Assembly (NCBI GenBank): GCA_951406725.2
Contig: OX597823.1
Span: forward strand, 7,626,001-7,690,000
Direction of reading: 5' to 3'
Source: Octopus vulgaris
Lineage: Eukaryota
DNA length: 64,000 nt
Below the pieces are notes generated by a model. That model was not told where the DNA came from. It saw only the letters and a program-made list of their open reading frames with translations, and made no database searches. Both the position numbers and the translations under genes were made by a program. Position 1 is the stretch's first letter; the number at the start of each line of letters is the position of its first letter. This document shows positions 13,275 to 26,292 of the stretch, in pieces.

Positions 13275-13716
13275 TTGTTAAAAAAATAATGTACTTTTTT
13301 TTCCTACTGTTATGCTACTGAACGCTTATGGTGTGTTTAATCATTGATATGTTATGAATTTTTGTACTTTCTGTCAACAGCATGGAAGTCATTGATGTTT
13401 TAATTAGTTCTTATAATTTTGAATTATATAGTGTCACTTTAATTGCCCTTGTTTTGATCAGGTCAACCTTGATAGAATAGATCCATTGTCAAAGGAATTC
13501 TATTCATGACTTTTTTCTTTTAATGTGAGATAGAACTACATAATTCATTGCTTCCTTTCTTTTTAGATAATAGAATATGATTTATGGGCAATTTTGGCTA
13601 TTATTTCGTATAGGTCAAGCTCTCTACTTTGCACTTTCTGGTACTTGCTTCTTACTCAGTGCATCTGAGGCATAAACATATGGTCTTAAGTAAATCCAGT
13701 ATGGTTCTTCCTAACT

Positions 13717-14106
13717 ACTCTTTTATTTGTTTCAGTCATTTGACTGAGGCCATGCTGGAGCACCACCTTTAGTCAAACAAATTGACCCCAGAACTTATCC
13801 TTTGTAAGCCCAGCACTTATTCTATCGGTCTCTTTTGCCGAACTGCTAAGTTACAGGGACGTAGACTCACCAACATCAGTTGTCAAGTGATGGTGAGGGT
13901 GGGGGACAAACACAGACGCACAAACATATGTATATAATATATATATGACGGGCTTCTTTCAGTTTCCATCTACCAAATCCATTCACAAGGTTTTGGTTGG
14001 CCCAAGGCTATAGCAGAAGACACTTGCCCAAGGTGCCATGCAGTGGGACTGAACCCAGAACTATGTTGTTGGATAAGCAAGCTACTTACTACACAGCTAC
14101 TCCTGC
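13717..14106 (-). mobile_element. SINE family B
   Basis: Reverse-complement full-length copy. Confidence 0.85.
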
Positions 14107-14609
14107 ACCTACTATATATAATTCCTACCTATCACTTTGCTTTTAAACAATTCTTTTATATGCTTTTGCTTGATTTAAAGCTCTTTACCATTACTGTGGT
14201 TATTGCATCTTCCCTCACCAAACATATATCTTGTATATTTGTTTTCAGAAAATTAAATTAATTTAGTAATTAGCATATTGCAAATAAGTACCAATAATTT
14301 TTCTCATCTAGAATTTAATTTAATTATTTTATTTCATCTACTTGTGACACTGCACTGATTTTTGCTATCAATGAAAGAAGGACAGGTCTTTTTCACAAAA
14401 CTCATTTCTGATGTATTATTTAACTGAATTACGTAGCTCTTAATTGTCATGAATAGTTATCTACTTTGGCAATTTTTCAGCATTATTAAATGCACAAAAC
14501 TGTTATTATCAGATCCTTTGATAACATGCAGTCTCGACTCTATAATGATTTTAATTTTTGCACTCATTAAGGAAGTCAGTATAAGTCAATATATACATCT
14601 TTAAGAATA

Positions 14610-14836
14610 GGCGGCGAGCTGGCAGAAACGTTAGCACGCCGGGCGAAATGCGTAGCTGTATTTCGTCGGTTGTTACGTTCCGAGTTCAAATTCCGCCGAG
14701 GTCGACTTTGCCTTTCATCCTTTCGGGGTCGATAAATTAAGTACCAGTTACGCAGTGGGGTCGATGTAATCGACTTAATCGGTTTGTCTGTCCTTGTTTG
14801 TCCTCTCTGTGTTTAGCCCCTTGTGGGTAGTAAAGA
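14610..14836 (+). mobile_element. tRNA-derived SINE family A, young copy
   Basis: Full length with a perfect ~22-nt TSD aatatatacatctttaagaata (14588-14609 and 14837-14858). Confidence 0.9.
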
Positions 14837-14868
14837 AATATATACATCTTTAAGAATAATACACGTTT

Positions 14869-15662
14869 ACCAGGAGGATGGATCTCCTACACTTTTCAGC
14901 TTCTAATGTCTAACTGCCAACTGATTCCCAGTTTCAGCTTTGCAGCCTTTAGTGTAACTCTACTTTCTAAAACCCTTTTCCATCATTGGTCTTCAGTATC
15001 CTATACTGAAACACACTAGAATGCAAGGTATAAGAGGTGAACATGCATCTGAAGCTCTGAGGTTGGGAATCAGTTGAAGGTTAGACATTATAGGTTGAAA
15101 AGTATAGGAAATCCATCCCCCGGGTATTCTTGTATTATCTTTTAAAGAAAAATCAAAACTATAAAATAGTGAAAATATGAAAAGGAAATCGACAAGTTAA
15201 GAAAATAACTTTTTATTTTTTTAATTTTTTTTTTTATTCTATCTAGTTTCATCTCACGAGCTGTGGCCATGCTGGGGCACCGCCATTTTAAACATTTATA
15301 AGAAAGATGGAAATAAATAAACAGCAAAATAGCTTTATAACTTTAAATGAAAATCAAATTGATGTTATCAAATACAGAAATATGAAAGAACTTTAATTTC
15401 AAAATATATTTTACTAAATTTCTTTATAAAATGCTTTATTTTATGTCATATACATAGCCTTCCAATTATATTTTTTACAAATTAGATGGGTGTTCAACTC
15501 TTACACTTTGCATTCTGTTGTGCTTCAGTATAGGATATTGAAAACCAGTGATGGAAAGGGGTTTTAGAAAGTAGTTATCCTAAAGTCTGCAAAGCTGAGG
15601 CTGGGAATCAGTTGGAGGTTAGACATAAGCTGAAAAGTGTAGGAAATCCATCCCCCTGATAT
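14869..15662. repeat. Inverted repeat cluster: one arm with two reverse-complement partners
   Basis: 14869-15043 is inverted at 15491-15662, and its first ~75 nt are also inverted at 15050-15125. Confidence 0.85.
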
Positions 15663-16106
15663 AATCCTCACTTCCATCAATTTCCATTACTGCTAAAGTC
15701 TGATGAAATAAATTAGGTCTACTATTGTACAATAAAGTAAGCGAATCTTAGCTTGTTTGCAAAAGTGAACAAAACCTGCATGACATTCACTTATACTGCT
15801 GGAACCTTAATATGCTGAGTCAATATTTTTGGTAAAGGCAATGTGTACCTAAAATTATTGATATAAATTTCTTTTTCTTTTATGCTTTGAAACAAAAAAT
15901 TAATATTCCCAATTTCACCACTTTGAAGTAACTTTATTTTATCATAAATATATATCTTCAAAAGTATAATTATCATAAATAAAGTTGCAAAACTATACAG
16001 ATAACATTTAGGAAAAGTCTAATTAATTGTATTTTTTCTTTGTTTTTGTTAATTACTTCTTGTTTTTAAAACTACTTTTGCATTGTTTCTGTATTCTTTT
16101 CTTCAG

Positions 16107-16211
16107 AGGATGAACAAAAACGTGAATTATGTAAAGTTAAATTTTCTGAAAATGATATGCGATTATTACGAGATGCAATTGAAGATCTCTACTATTTTGA
16201 GTTTGTTATCG
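16107..16211 (+). CDS. TM9SF1: TM9SF1 coding exon C (KDEQKRELCKVKFSENDMRLLRDAIEDLYYFEFVI)
   Basis: cttcag acceptor and gtaagt donor, 105 nt, phase 1-1; matches TM9SF1 LRQAIEELYYFEFVV. Confidence 0.95.
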
Positions 16212-17019
16212 GTAAGTAGACATAATAATGTAATTTTGCAGATCATCAAGAGATTCATTGTGTACATGTTTAAAATATCACTAAATTTATTTACATATTA
16301 ATTTCCTTTATTTTCAAAAAAATATATTCATCTTTCTGACATTTAATTTAAACATATATCCACCCTTGTAAATTATTTTTATTTCAAGTATGATACCAAA
16401 ACATGTATAATCATATAAACACATTCCTTATTCATTCAATTTTCAAACTTCAGTGTTCAGTTTATATTAATAATGATAGGCGAGGGTTTCAACAGATACC
16501 TGTGTCTTCTTGCACCCAAGTCATGCAGCACAAAACATAACTTGATAGGAAAACATTAGTAGACAACTACTGTCACAATGAAAGTAAAGAGTACACACAT
16601 GACTGTGGAATAGTCAACCATTTCACATAATTCAATGAACAGGTTGCTCTCTTGGGTTCTTCCTTCCAAATCTACCCACAATGCTTTAGTTGGCCTGAGC
16701 TATAATAGAATGCACTTGCCTACAGCGCCATACTATGAGACTGAACTCAGAATCATATGGAAAATAAAGTGAGAAGGGATGATACTGAGGATGTGGGATG
16801 GATGTCAAAAGTAGTGGTCTCAAGGAGAGGGGAAGATAACTACTAGCACCAAGGGGATGAAATATATGCAGAATCTGCTGTCTAACAAATGGCACTGGAT
16901 AATGCCACTGTTAGAAAAGTAATAAAAGGGTGGATGTTAGCAAGATGAGAGGTGGGGTAAGCTTAAAGGGCTCAGACAAGGCAGAAGCAGGATCCAGTGG
17001 ATAGACAGATATGAACATA

Positions 17020-18930
17020 ATGCTTTTAAGATCATGCTTTCGCTACAACAGATGGGTCTTTTCATGCAGAATGAAATACCTATCATCTCACTCCTTTGTA
17101 ATCACCATGGGGCTCAACAGCTTCTCACCAGCTTGGGCTATTCCCTTTTTCATGTCTTCTTGTGCCTCCCTTTTCCACAAGTCCCATTTACTTGAAGCAG
17201 TCAGCACTTCTTTATACAGCTGTCTTCATATGCATCACATGACCATATCCTCTGCTGTTTTCTTTCTTGTACACTACATCAGATTCCTCTTAGGCCCATT
17301 CTTTTCACAACATATTTGTGCTTTGTCATACAAGCACACTGATGTGGTACATCCATCAGAGAATCCTATCTTCATTCTTTTCTAGTCTTCAGTCGTCCTC
17401 TGCATTCAGGGCTCACATGTCACTACCACCATATAGCATTACTCTACATATAGAAGCATCAGACAATATCTTTCAATTTTGTTGCCAATGGAGATAATAA
17501 CTTCCTGAACTTTCTCCATACTATATTTTCGGAACATCCTCTTCCACTGCTAATTAGGTTACCTAGGTAAGAGAAATGATCTACTAATTCTAAGGAACCT
17601 CTTGGACATTGAAGAAAATCTATTTCCTGTGTGTTCTTAGTATTCATTACCCCTACACATCTGCCATGCATAAAGTCTACTTCTTCCCTTAACCTTCCTC
17701 TGATTCCACTGCACCTCTTGTGTCCATAGTTTCTATTGGCTATGCCTTATGAAATTTCTACCAACAATTTCGCTACATTTCAAGCAAGGCCATTTTCCTA
17801 AAGTGAGTAAAGTTGTATCTGTTTTCCTTCTTTCTAGAACTTTGGTTTTTTTTCTAAGTTATCATCAAGTTCATCAGCATATAGTAGTTCCCTAGGGCAA
17901 CTAGTCTTGTCTTGTTGCTATCACTTTACTAATAGCACTTCTGGCTCCATCATGGACCACCAGATCACAGAGTGAGGGATCCTATCAAAAGTGTTCTCCA
18001 GGATGATGAAACCCAAGTATAGTGGCTTCCTTTTAATGAAGTACTTTTCCAGCAGTTGTCTTACTAGAAAGAGGGCAACTGAGACATCTCCTTTATCTTT
18101 GTAACAGTGGACTATACCAGTCATTGGGCATGATATCTTCCTGTGCATTCTAATTCACTATTCAGGTGACTAGGCTGTATCCTACTCCCAGATATTTTAA
18201 ACATTTCAGCTGTGATTCCTGGTAGACCAGGTTCTTTCCCTACCTTCATATCCTTAATTGCTTTATCTGTCTTACTGCTGCCAACTAAGATAGTTGGTCC
18301 CTCTGTTGAGTCCCTGTCAAGAAGACTTTCTTTCTGCCATGCATTCTCCGCATTTAGTAAGCTTTCTAGCACTTCTATGCAACTTCGTTTTCAGAATCAC
18401 TAAGTGAAATCACACTGCTATCTATCCACACACATCTATCTATCCTGCAACATCAGAATTCTTTCTTATACACTGTCACACAATCCAAAGCATCTCATGT
18501 CTCAGACCTTCACACTGTAGAACATTCCTGTCTCCTTCTTTCCATGCTAAGTAGACTTGTTGCCTAGCTTCTCTTCTAACTACCTGGTATTGTTCTCTGC
18601 TCGCCAAACTTTTTCAATCTTACCAGGCAGGCTTGTCTTCCCACTTTTATGACCTTGTCTGCTTCATTGTTCCACCACTAGGTCACCCTTCATCTAGCTA
18701 GAACTTTGCATCAACTACAGGTTTGTCTGTGGGTTGTCTTGTATGAATTTCCAGTTGCCATCTCTGTCTCTTCCTTCTTTTTCTCCAATGCCATCTTTGA
18801 ATTTCTGATTGCTTGGTGGATCTAAGCTTCCATATTTTCTTTTTCTTGATTGTCTGAAATCACTAACAACTAATCTATGTTGCATTTTATTTTCTTTGCT
18901 AGGGAATGTCTTTGCATTCACAAGCATCTG
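17020..18930 (-). mobile_element. Decayed RTE-clade LINE ORF (reverse transcriptase region)
   Basis: DKAIKDMKVGKEPGLPGITAEMFK, KPLYLGFIILENTFDRIPHSVIWWSM and LELVDHFSYLG, with many frameshifts; related bits at about 9570-9830 (-), 35800-36220 (-) and 41440-41790 (+). Confidence 0.8.
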
Positions 18931-19564
18931 TCTATTTAAAAATTTGCTTTTTTTTTTTTCAAGAATGTTGAGGGACCATATTGAGGCCTTGATCATTTCA
19001 TATGGTTGTTCAGCAAACATTCACGCATTTGGAAATAAGTGATTGAATTCAAAAATAGACAACCTGTTGGTATGGAAGTGACATAAATATTCTGAAAATT
19101 AAGATGGGTAGTAGGGTGTGAGGATATCTTATTAAAATTTATATTTTGAAAAAAAGTTTGTTCAGAATTGTAATTTCCATATTTTTCCCTGTGAAATTGT
19201 GAAATTCCCAAAACATTTTCAAGAAAGTGAGAAACAAAACATTGTTGAGTGATTGAGTGTCTGAAATTTTGAAAAGCTGTTTGGGAAGCAGATGTGTAAT
19301 TTCCATTGGATTCTAAAGAAATTTTCGGAAAAGGAAAGGACAATGAAGGGTTGAACGCATATTTGATACATCCACAACCAATTTCTTTTAATTTTCAGTG
19401 CTTTATATTCAATAGTTACAGACCAGGACTACTTTCCATGGTTCTTATTGTTTACTCTATGTATACATGTGTGTGTGTGTGTGTTTGCACATCTCTCATT
19501 TTATCTCTTTCACTCACTCACTCTATCTCTCTCTTTCCCTCCCCCCTCTCTTTCTCTCTCCCTA

Positions 19565-19890
19565 CATCATCATCATCGTTTAACGTCCGTTCTCCATGCT
19601 GGCATGGGTTGGACGGTTCGACCGGGGATCTGGGAAGCCAGAAGGCTGCACCAGGCTCCAGTCTTATCTGGCAATGTTTCTACAGCTTGATGCCCTTCCT
19701 AATGCCAACCACTCCATGAGTGTAGTGGGTGCTTTTTACGTGCCACCTGCACAGGTGCCAGGCGAGGCTGGCAACGGCCATGGTTGGATCGGTGCATTTT
19801 ACGTGCCACCGGCACAGAAGCCAGTCGAGGCGGCACTGGCATTGGCCACGATTCGGATGGTGCTTTTTACGTACCACTGGCATGGAAGCC
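19565..19890 (-). mobile_element. RTE 3' UTR repeat
   Basis: Same family as 5073-5510. Confidence 0.78.
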
Positions 19891-20253
19891 AGTATATATA
19901 TATATATATATCATCATCATCATATAACAATTGCAGCATGGAAGACACATATTAGCCATTCAAAGACATACAAAAACCATTAACTTCACTTAAAAACATT
20001 TATTATTTGGTGTCAAAATTTTCACCGCATCAACTGTAACCTGGTCACTGATGTGATTTCACTGCGTTTAGTTTGTTGTGAGGTTGTTTGTTGGTATATA
20101 TATAAGTTCCAGGTGTATAATTTTTTTCTTTGTTCTTATATCTGTTAGTTGTTCTGGTTGACTCATCGTCTTTTATATATATATGTATGTATATGTACAT
20201 GGGTGAATGGACAAATGAATTAAGTGTCACTCGACACGTTTGGTAGGAGTTAC

Positions 20254-20563
20254 GGCACATAAAAAACACCATCCGAGCGTGGCCGTCTGCCAGCCTCGTC
20301 TGGCACCTGTGTAGGGGGCACATAAAAAACACCATCCGAGCGTGACCGTCTGCCAGCCTTGTCTGGCACCTGTGTAGGTGGCACATAAAATCAACCACTA
20401 CACTCTCGGAGTGGTTGGCGTTAGGAAGGGCATCCAGCTGTAGAAACACTGCCAGATCTGACTGGCCTGGTGCAGCCTTCGGGCTTGCCAGACTCCAGCT
20501 GAACCGTCCAACCCATGCTAGCATGGAAAGCGGACGTTAAACGATGATGATGATGATGATGAT
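20254..20563 (+). mobile_element. RTE 3' UTR repeat
   Basis: Same family, with two 63-nt units and a (GAT)n tail. Confidence 0.8.
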
Positions 20564-20564
20564 G

Positions 20565-20973
20565 AATTCATTCTTCAAAATGAACTCCATAATGTTCATT
20601 TATATGACGTATCATGTATACAAATCAGATTAACAATGAAGATAAACTCATTACATAATATTGAATGTGTGTGTGTGTGTGTATTATTTAATAACAATTT
20701 AACTCAGCTCCATATGACTTAGTTTTGTGGGCTTGTAGGACAAACCCATCTCATCAGATATCTAGGGAGTCTTCTCTAGATATCTAAATGAGATGGGTAC
20801 ATCCTCCAAGCCCATGAAACTTTAAGTCATATGGAGCTGAGACAAATTGTTATTAAATAATACACACACACACACAGTATTATATAATGTGTTTATTTCC
20901 ACTGTTAATCTGATATGTGTACATGATACATCATATAAATGGACATTATGGTGTTCATTTTGAAGAATGAATT
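20565..20973. repeat. ~410-nt foldback palindrome
   Basis: aattcattcttcaaaatgaac... mirrors ...gttcattttgaagaatgaatt, with arms pairing up to a tiny loop near 20770. Confidence 0.92.
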
Positions 20974-21378
20974 ATTAAAGTATTTAATGTAGTGCTATGT
21001 TATAGTGCAGTGTGTTTTGAAGGATCATTTCTTTTTAAACAATTTTATTTACATACATTTATATGTTTCTGTTCACCGTTCTTGTTATGTTTATATGTGA
21101 TACATCAACCCACATGTGTTTCAATGTCTATACAGCCCAAATACTTATGTGCAATTATGTTGTTTGTATGTGTTTTAAAATTCTTGTTTATTTTCATGTA
21201 TAAATATAACATCCCAAACACATAAACATATACTGAATGTCCATTAAAAGAAGGAAATATACTTATTGGTATGTGTGTATGTATATATATATATATATAT
21301 TTATTTATGTATTATGTATGTGTGTGTGTGTGTGTGTATGTATATATATATTTATGTATATATATATATATATATATA

Positions 21379-21529
21379 AAGGAATACAAAAAATGGGACA
21401 AGAATGCAAAACATCCAGACAGATGATACAAAAGAGGGTCAAGAAAAAACATGGACGGGTCATTCGAAGTTTTCTTTCCTCAGTTGAGTTCCAGATTATC
21501 TTTGCAATTTCAGCTGGTTATACTCGAGA
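21379..21529 (-). mobile_element. (TA)n-associated element, truncated copy of the 63212-63476 family
   Basis: Colinear similarity to 63212-63347 (gggacaagaa.gcaaaacat...cattcgaag...tcagt.gag...caatttc.gctg.tta). Confidence 0.8.
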
Positions 21530-22209
21530 CACATATATTGCCTTGCTTGGAAACTGGTGAAGGGTGGTTATAGGATGGGCATCTGGTGATAGACAATCTA
21601 CCTCAACAAACTCAGTCCAACCCATGCAAACATAAAAAAGTGGATAATAAAATGATGCCAATGGCCTGGCTCCCCATCAGTTACAACTAGTGTTCCAGTA
21701 AATATGGTCAACTGAACAGCCAACTCAGAAATTAACATGTTAGTGGCCAAGCACTCCACAGATATGCATGCCCCTAACTTAGTTATTAGTGAGACTCACC
21801 ATGACACAGAGTGTGGCTAAGTTGGCCCTTTGAATTACTGGTACAACTCATTTTTGCCAGCTGTGTGGACTGGAGCCATGGGAAATAAAGTGTCTTGGTC
21901 AAGGACACAATGTACCACCAGGGACCAAACTCAGAACTTTATGATCATGAACCAAATACCAAATCTATCATTGGTCCAGGGCTATAACAGAAGACACTTA
22001 CCCAGGACTTAACCTATGTGGTTGGGAAGCAAACTTCTTAACTACACAGCCACACTTGTGTGTGTGCATGCGCACACATTGGTTTATAGTCACACATCCT
22101 AACACACACACACACACACACACATTATTTTGAAGCTGGAAATACCTGAGCAGCTACTTTGGTGTGAAAATTCTTTTCAGATTCTATGTATTTACATATA
22201 AATGTGTAC

Positions 22210-22245
<36 letters not shown>

Positions 22246-23439
22246 ACATATATATATGTGTGTGTATATATATATATATATATCTGTATATATTCACGAG
22301 GCTTATATCTCCATATGTATGTGTGTGTGTGTGTGTGTATATATATTTATAAAATGTGTATATTTATATATACTCTCACGTATACATTTACATGTTACGA
22401 AGATTAGATCTACACAGTTAGGATATATACTCAGTGTATGTTCAGTATGTTTTTATATAGTTAATTTGCATATGTGTAAATTTGTGGGTGTATTTAATAT
22501 TTAAGATTTCTATGTAATTATATTTTCATTCTTTTGTCATTGTCTCCCACTTTCAATTTTTTTTTATTTTTTTTTTTCATACATATCTAATTGCATGCAT
22601 AATTTATTGTGGCAGATACAAAATTTATAAGAATTTTAGTATAATATATAGTACAGAATTTTAAGCAGATTTGATTTGTGTTCCTTTTTTTGTTTCTGTC
22701 TTTTTTTTTTTTTTTTTTTTTTTGTTGGGCAATGTTTCATTTAACTGTCAGAACAATTTCATCTGTAATTTACAAGTCTTCATTGGACAGAACTTGTACA
22801 TTATAGAAAATGGAAAGTTAATCATCCACAGTAATTATTGAATTTCATTTTCTTTAAGTTATCATAATTGATTTAAATATTTCATTTTTAAGGATTAGTT
22901 AATTTTGCCCTTTGAAATATCAATATACTTATTAAAAGCAATTTGAAATTTGAAAACCTTACATCAATTTTCCGAATTCCTTTAACCTGTAATTGAAACC
23001 TTGTTACAAGTAGACTGAAACTGTTTCAAGGGAGTATCTTTAAAAACTATATCGGAAATTGAACATTAACTTATATATTTAGTGATTGAGTTAAATGTGA
23101 ATGCTGACCCATAGTACATATGAATAGAAACCAAAGTTAGTACCCACTGGTAGATCTCAGGGCATTAGTCACTATGTTATGAACACATGAAAATTTATTC
23201 AATGTTTAGTAGTTATATATCTTGTGAGTTTTACAGATTTGCTTGACTTTGGGTGCTTGATTACAACTGTAGCTACCTGTAATTGTGATTTTAAGTCCTT
23301 TTCGTCTGACTCAGTCTTTGCGTGTGAGTGCCTTTTAATGTAATATTTCCTGTTAAAAAAAAAATTCTATTTATAAGTTCAGTTTAAGTAAATAATTTTA
23401 TATTTAACATTGGTTTGAACAAAGAATTTTTGATATACT

Positions 23440-23661
23440 TTAACTCTTTTGTTACCAACCCGGCTGAAACCGGCTCTGAGTACAAATGCCTTGTTTTCAT
23501 AAGTTTTGAATTAAAATCTTCCACCAAACCTTAGTCCCAATTTATGTTCCTAACACTAGCTTAAGGATAACTAAGTTATTTTACTAAATTCTCTCTTATA
23601 TTTAAAGTAAATGAAAGAAACACAGAGCATCTCAAAATAAATACGATAACGAAAGGGTTAA
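23440..23661 (+). mobile_element. MITE M1
   Basis: TTAA ends, TIRs, same body. Confidence 0.82.
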
Positions 23662-25251
23662 GGTGCTTTAATCATTGTCAGTTCTTAATGCTCTTCATTC
23701 ATACTTAGTTGTGAACTTATCTTTACCAGGTATATATATGTATATATTTCTAATACATGTGCTCATATATGTCCTTATATGTAGGTTTTCAGGGGTGGAA
23801 ACAACTGTTCTGTTCAAATAGCTTCAACATAAATTATATCAGAGAAATGTTAAAAAAACAAAAAAGAAGTTTTAATTTTTGTTGCAAGGATAAAATACTA
23901 AATATCTGATATAGTGGTAGTTTTTGTTTTCCTCTTAAACATTATAAATCATACACAATGTAGGGTAACCATGTCTTCTATAGCAAGACACATGCTCTTG
24001 TCCCATTATCATACTTTGGCCTCTCCCACTTCTTAATATCCTCTTGAGATTTACTTGGTGCCAGTAGCACACACACAAAAAAAAAAAAACCCTGTAAAGA
24101 GGGGCATCCAACTGTAGAAAAACTTTCAAATCTGACACTGGGGCTTGCTAGACCCTCTCAAACTATCCATTCCAGCATAGAAAGCAGGCATTAAATAGTG
24201 GTGGTGGTGGTGGTGGCAGCGGCAGTGGCGACAGCTCCTCCTCCTCCCTATTAATCACTCATGTCATTTAGTGTATTTTCAAACCTTTTCCAGGTACCAT
24301 TTTTCTGCAAATACATCTTTTAAAGCTTTCTACAACAATTTCTTCTACAATTTTTTTTCTGCAACTTGCCTCACTGTCAATTATAGTAATATTTCATGGT
24401 TGATTAGTCAGTTGCTGAAGCAGTATCCACAAGTAAAATCAACTACATCAAAAGAAGTCCTACAAATATTAAACATAGAAAACTGCAGGCAAATTTTGAA
24501 AATATATTCCTCTGACTCGCATTGACATTTTTTTTTTCTTTTCCTTGCAATACAATCCTGCAGAATGGTACATGAAAGTATCAAAAATCCTTATCATGAA
24601 TAGAAATTGGTTTCACGAAAGCCTAAGGATATGTTTATTTTATACATACATTGCACATGAAAATGATTGGAAAATATGCAGTTATAAAATATGGAATGAA
24701 ATACATCATACTTCATTGATATTTTCACATCTCACATATTTTTTTTTTCTTTTGAAGACTATTGGTTTAAGTCAATTTAATTGTTTTTTAATCAATAAAA
24801 AGTAGTTCTGTAACCAACTATTTTTTTTTATTTATTTAAATTTTTTTCCTGTACAAAACCACTTCAAAAATTTTCATGGCCATTTCCAAGTCACCATTTC
24901 TAATGATTTTGAAATTAATTTTAACTTTTTTTTTTTTGTAAATCCAGTACATGTAGGTGTGTGTATAAAATATAATGAAATTATTATATACAGTGCTCAG
25001 GTGCACCACAACTTGTCAAAAGTACGTATAGAGTATATGCAGTAATGTACAAATGTCTGGAAAGCGAACAGTGTATGTATATATAACTGTATGTGTGTGT
25101 ATGTATGTATATATACACACACAAACACATACATCCATAAAGTCAGAAACTATGGAAGGTGAATATATATTTAACCACATGACTTTCATAAGATCTTGGC
25201 TGTTTCACAAACTTCTTCATGTAGTATTAATTTCAGTATGGAAGAAGATAT

Positions 25252-25701
25252 TCTCTTTTACTTTCTTTTACTTGTTTCAGTCATTTGACTGCGGTCATGC
25301 TGGAGCACCGCCTTTAGTCGAGCAAATCGACCCCGGGACTTATTCTTTGTAAGCCCAGTACTTATTCTATCGGTCTTTTTTGCCGAACCTCTAAGTGACG
25401 GGGACGTAAACACACCAGCATCGGTTGTCAAGCAATGCTAGAGGGACAAACACAGACACACAAACATATACATACACATACATACATATATATACATATA
25501 TACGACAGGCTTCTTTCAGTTTCCATCTACCAAATCCACTCACAAGGCATTGGTCGGCCCGAGGCTATAGCAGAAGACACTTGCCCAAGATGCCACGCAG
25601 TGGGACTGAACCCAGAACCATGTGGTTGGTAGGCAAGCTACTTACCACACAGCCACTCCTGTGCCTGGTCGGCCCGAGGCTATAGCAGAAGACACTTGCC
25701 C
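25252..25701 (-). mobile_element. SINE family B with a short internal segment duplicated next to its 5' end
   Basis: Full copy 25252-25640; tggtcggcccgaggctatagcagaagacacttgccc occurs again at about 25666-25701. Confidence 0.85.
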
Positions 25702-26292
25702 ATGTTTGGAATTAATACTAAATGGCTATAACCCTATGGAAGTCACGTGGCTAAATTGATATCTATTCACCTCTCACACCTCCTGACTTTATGGTTTTAT
25801 ATACTCCTCATGAAATAATTTCATCAGTCAGATTTTCTGGTTTTCAGCTTCACAGACACTCTATGTTACTCTTCTTTCTAATTTATTGCTATGTGGACTG
25901 ATAACCAAGTCTGTAAGAGGAGTTTTCTATCATAGTCACATGATCCTCTGAATCATTTTATACTACTCACTTATATATATATATATATACAGGTTATGTT
26001 TAAAATTAAAGTTTAGATAGGAGATTTAAAATGTAGTATCCAAACCTTGTTTTGGGTATGTCCCTAGTTGTGTACCATCCTGCCACACACAGTAGCAAAA
26101 TGTATTATAAGACTGTAACGTCTTATGTGACCTGGTGAGGTTCCTTCTGCACTGTGCGGTGCATTTGATTCCACTATATCGTTTCCCACCCTCTAGGGAG
26201 CAGTGCAGATTTAAGCCAGAATGATCATTGTGCTACATAAAGCCTGCAGTACACTCTGTCTTTCCTATCAATTATTTAAAATATATATATAT

